From NCBI RefSeq assembly GCF_009914755.1, contig NC_060931.1: a stretch of DNA of 64,000 nt; one strand, 5' to 3'. Every line of letters starts with the position of its first letter. Within the stretch, counting starts at the first letter, position 1. Origin of the DNA: the human T2T-CHM13v2.0 reference genome, Homo sapiens. The translations under genes and the position numbers were made by a program. The notes under the pieces were generated by a model. It was not told the DNA's origin. It saw nothing but the letters and a program-made list of their open reading frames with translations, and ran no database searches. Below are positions 61,251 through 64,000 of this stretch, piece by piece.

Positions 61251-63308
61251 ACTTCCACTTCACAGAATATGTATAGCACACATCCATGTATTCAACATCA
61301 AGATTAACATATTGTCATATTTGGTTCTAGTCCATCATATTTTCTAGTTTTTAGAAAAATTGAAAAAATGACAATATAAAAAGTAGGCTCCCTCTCTGTC
61401 TGTTTCTAGTTAACAGTTATAATAAAGTTGGTATGGATAACATATGTAATTGGGAAAAATGATATTAAAATTTTAAAGAAAATAAAACCTTTGGTTAAGA
61501 AGGGTTAAGCCAATAAAGAGTAACATAACTTCCCAATATTTACAGCAAAACATTTTGACTGGCCAGGCAGACAAAGGAAGAAGAAGAAAAGGAAATTATC
61601 TGCAAGATGTAGAATAAATAGCTGTTTTTGCTTCTAAAATTCATTTAATAAACTCAATGATCCACTGGAGAGTGCGTAAACCATAGTAACTCCCCTTACC
61701 CCAGTGAACACTCACCACCTGGTAACTGTTGGTAGTTGTCCAGAAGGGTGTGTGAGAGTACTACTGCCCTGAAAGTATGAGTCTTAGAAGAACTTAAAAA
61801 ACTACAGACAGTGATGACTCAGTGTTTAGAAGGTAAAATATGTGATAAGTTTAAATTATTTCTTCAAGGTCCTTTAAGCATGATTTACCTTCTGGATTAC
61901 ATCTGCATGAATTGACTACCTAGGCTCTTTTATAGTTTATATATTATGTTTATATTTTCAACATGAATAATTCTGCTTTGTGTTGGGCAGTATAAAGAAG
62001 TCATTCCCTTGTCACCATCCGATAAATAAATGCATACATAAATAATCATTCATACTATCTTCCTTTATTGCTTCAATATAAAAACCGGCATATGTGGTCT
62101 CCTTTCCAGTAAATGACAAACATAATGAATACTTAAAATATATATTTAAAGATAGTTTCCCCATGTTGATATTTTCCCTCAATTCTCCGCTTTCTCTTCA
62201 AATAACTTTTAGCTTGTCCTTTAAAGTGGCTGTTAATAATGTATTTGAGGGAAAATTATTAAAATGGATTTTTTTAAGGTACTTCAAATTCTTGACCATG
62301 CCACTCTGACAAATTAAGCACAAGTACTTTCTGCAGCCCTCCTGTGCATGTGCTATATGCCCAGCATGCAAATACTTCACAGCAAAAGGGAACTGGGAAA
62401 AAACCTTTTGCTTGGAGGCTGTGGCATGTGGTCAAGCAAATAATTTCATCATAAACTGAGCATTCACATGTCTTTTTGTGAGAGTCAGCAGATACACATT
62501 TATGTTCCTCTACAATATGTCTCTATTCTGCCTAGTGATAAACACTGCTTTTTTTTTAGCTCTATTATCTATGAGTTAAAATATTTTTTTCAGACACGTT
62601 TCAATAAACAGCACGTCAGTGATTGTCTATAGTGTTAAAAGGTTTTCTCTAAGCATATCTCCTAAAACAACTCCACTCTTTGATCTCTCTCTCTCTGATC
62701 CTCCCTCCCTCCCTCCCTCTCTCTCTTTTTAAAATTACGCAGTAAGTTTTAGGAGGGTCTGTACCTAGGAGAGACTACAAAAACGTTCCTTAAGACATAA
62801 TAGCCCAGCGTTCCCACTATGAGGGAGTGTGAGGCTTCAAGGAACAGGAAACTTACTGCTCCTCAGAGACTGCATCTTCCCTCATGGCATGATCTGGGTC
62901 AATGGAAGGCTACATTTGACTAGATGTCTATGAACAAGTTCTAACCTCATGAGGAATGAGAGTCATGGGTGTATCTAGGCTTGGCAAATCATATGCAATA
63001 TTTCATGCAGTTCAACTTTTCGCTTCCCTGTTTCAGAAGAATAAAGTGCTTCTCTGAACTCTGCTGGATTGCCAGTCCTCTGGCTCCTCAAGTGAGCCAT
63101 GTTCCTGCCTTAGCTACTGTATCTGGAGATTGCCCAGAATCTAAAGTATCTCTAAAGGGTCATTCTTCAAACCCGCCCCTCTACTTGTATTTACCCACAC
63201 TGAAACACTTTTAGATTAACTTCCAGTAGATAGAATTTGTTTTGAGAATAGCAATTGAGACCAAGATGGAAAGGAAATTAGTAAGGAGGAGATTTGTGCT
63301 GGTCACAG

Positions 63309-63332
63309 TCTCTCTCTCTCTCTCTGTCTATC

Positions 63333-63391
<59 letters not shown>

Positions 63392-63392
63392 A
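63309..63392. repeat. (TC)n plus (TCTA)14 tetranucleotide STR
   Basis: 14 uninterrupted TCTA units at 63334-63389. Confidence 0.95.
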
Positions 63393-63659
63393 TCTACATA
63401 TATATAGATATATACATATTTAACTTCTTTTTGCCAATACATGCAGGTAAAATAAACACATCTGGCTTTCCTGTTCCCCATGGTGATGGGTTAAGATATA
63501 TTTTTCATATACACAAGTTTCAGTAAATAATATATCAACTATTGTTTATAGTGCTAAAAATGTATTCATTAGGAATGCCACCTGTTTTTAAAGAGATAAA
63601 ACCAAATACTATATGATACTGAAAAGAACCATGATTCCAGGTCTTATGTCATGTAATAT

Positions 63660-63830
63660 GTGGAATTAGCAGTGCATTTGAGTCTGGTTCCAACTCTTAA
63701 AACACTAAATATGTCATCTTGGGCAAGTTACATCATCTTCCTGAGATTCCTTTCTAAAAAAAAAAAAAATTGTCAAGTACCTCTCTGCCTTATACAATTA
63801 TTTCAGAAGTCAAGTGAGGTAAAAAATAAG
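63660..63830 (+). mobile_element. MIR
   Basis: atgtcatcttgggcaagttacatcatcttcctgag is a MIR core. Confidence 0.7.
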
Positions 63831-64000
63831 AAAATTATTTACATAAAATAAAATAGGCTGTGCTTGCATAATGCTCTAAGGAAGGGGAAGCAGTTGCATC
63901 CTGTTTTTTTTTTTTTTACTCTGAGACTGGTATTCTTTCTAATTGACTCTGCTCAAACGTATGAAATATTATTACCACATTTCAACAAGCCTGATTTCTT

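Noticed and set aside
62720-63300. Possible old LTR or unique regulatory element
   Set aside because: The composition differs from the flanks, but I could not match it to a family or define its ends.
63334-63389. Forensic STR D7S820
   Set aside because: From memory, D7S820 lies within SEMA3A intron 1 beyond the left edge of this window and has different flanks. This repeat is upstream of the gene.

Overview
AT-rich human (or great-ape) genomic DNA from the 5' end of SEMA3A (semaphorin 3A, chr7q21.11). The gene is on the minus strand. The only protein-coding sequence is the 112-nt coding part of the first coding exon (8583->8472, MGWLTRIVCLFWGVLLTARANYQNGKNNVPRLKLSYK), which is too short for the ORF track. 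Bases 1-8471 are the start of the following intron. About 8.6-10.5 kb holds the 5'UTR and promoter, and the remaining ~53 kb is upstream DNA rich in repeats. These include about 15 Alus, a full-length Tigger1, a near full-length L1PA nested in an MLT1 LTR, an LTR33-like LTR, and L2, MIR, L1M and MER5 relics and microsatellites. All listed ORFs are chance ORFs or repeat-derived. I found no new gene system. The most interesting signals are: (1) three uATGs in the SEMA3A 5'UTR, one opening a 43-codon ORF that overlaps the start codon out of frame, all bypassed by an internal splice acceptor at c.-82 that a TATA-driven upstream exon could feed; (2) a cluster of locally templated copy or template-switch scars (a 53-bp Alu patch copied from 3 kb away, a 202-bp Alu-into-Alu copy, a permuted AluJ, an internal Tigger1 insertion, a nested hairpin in a MIR); and (3) a CTCF-like site with its upstream module in intron 1.
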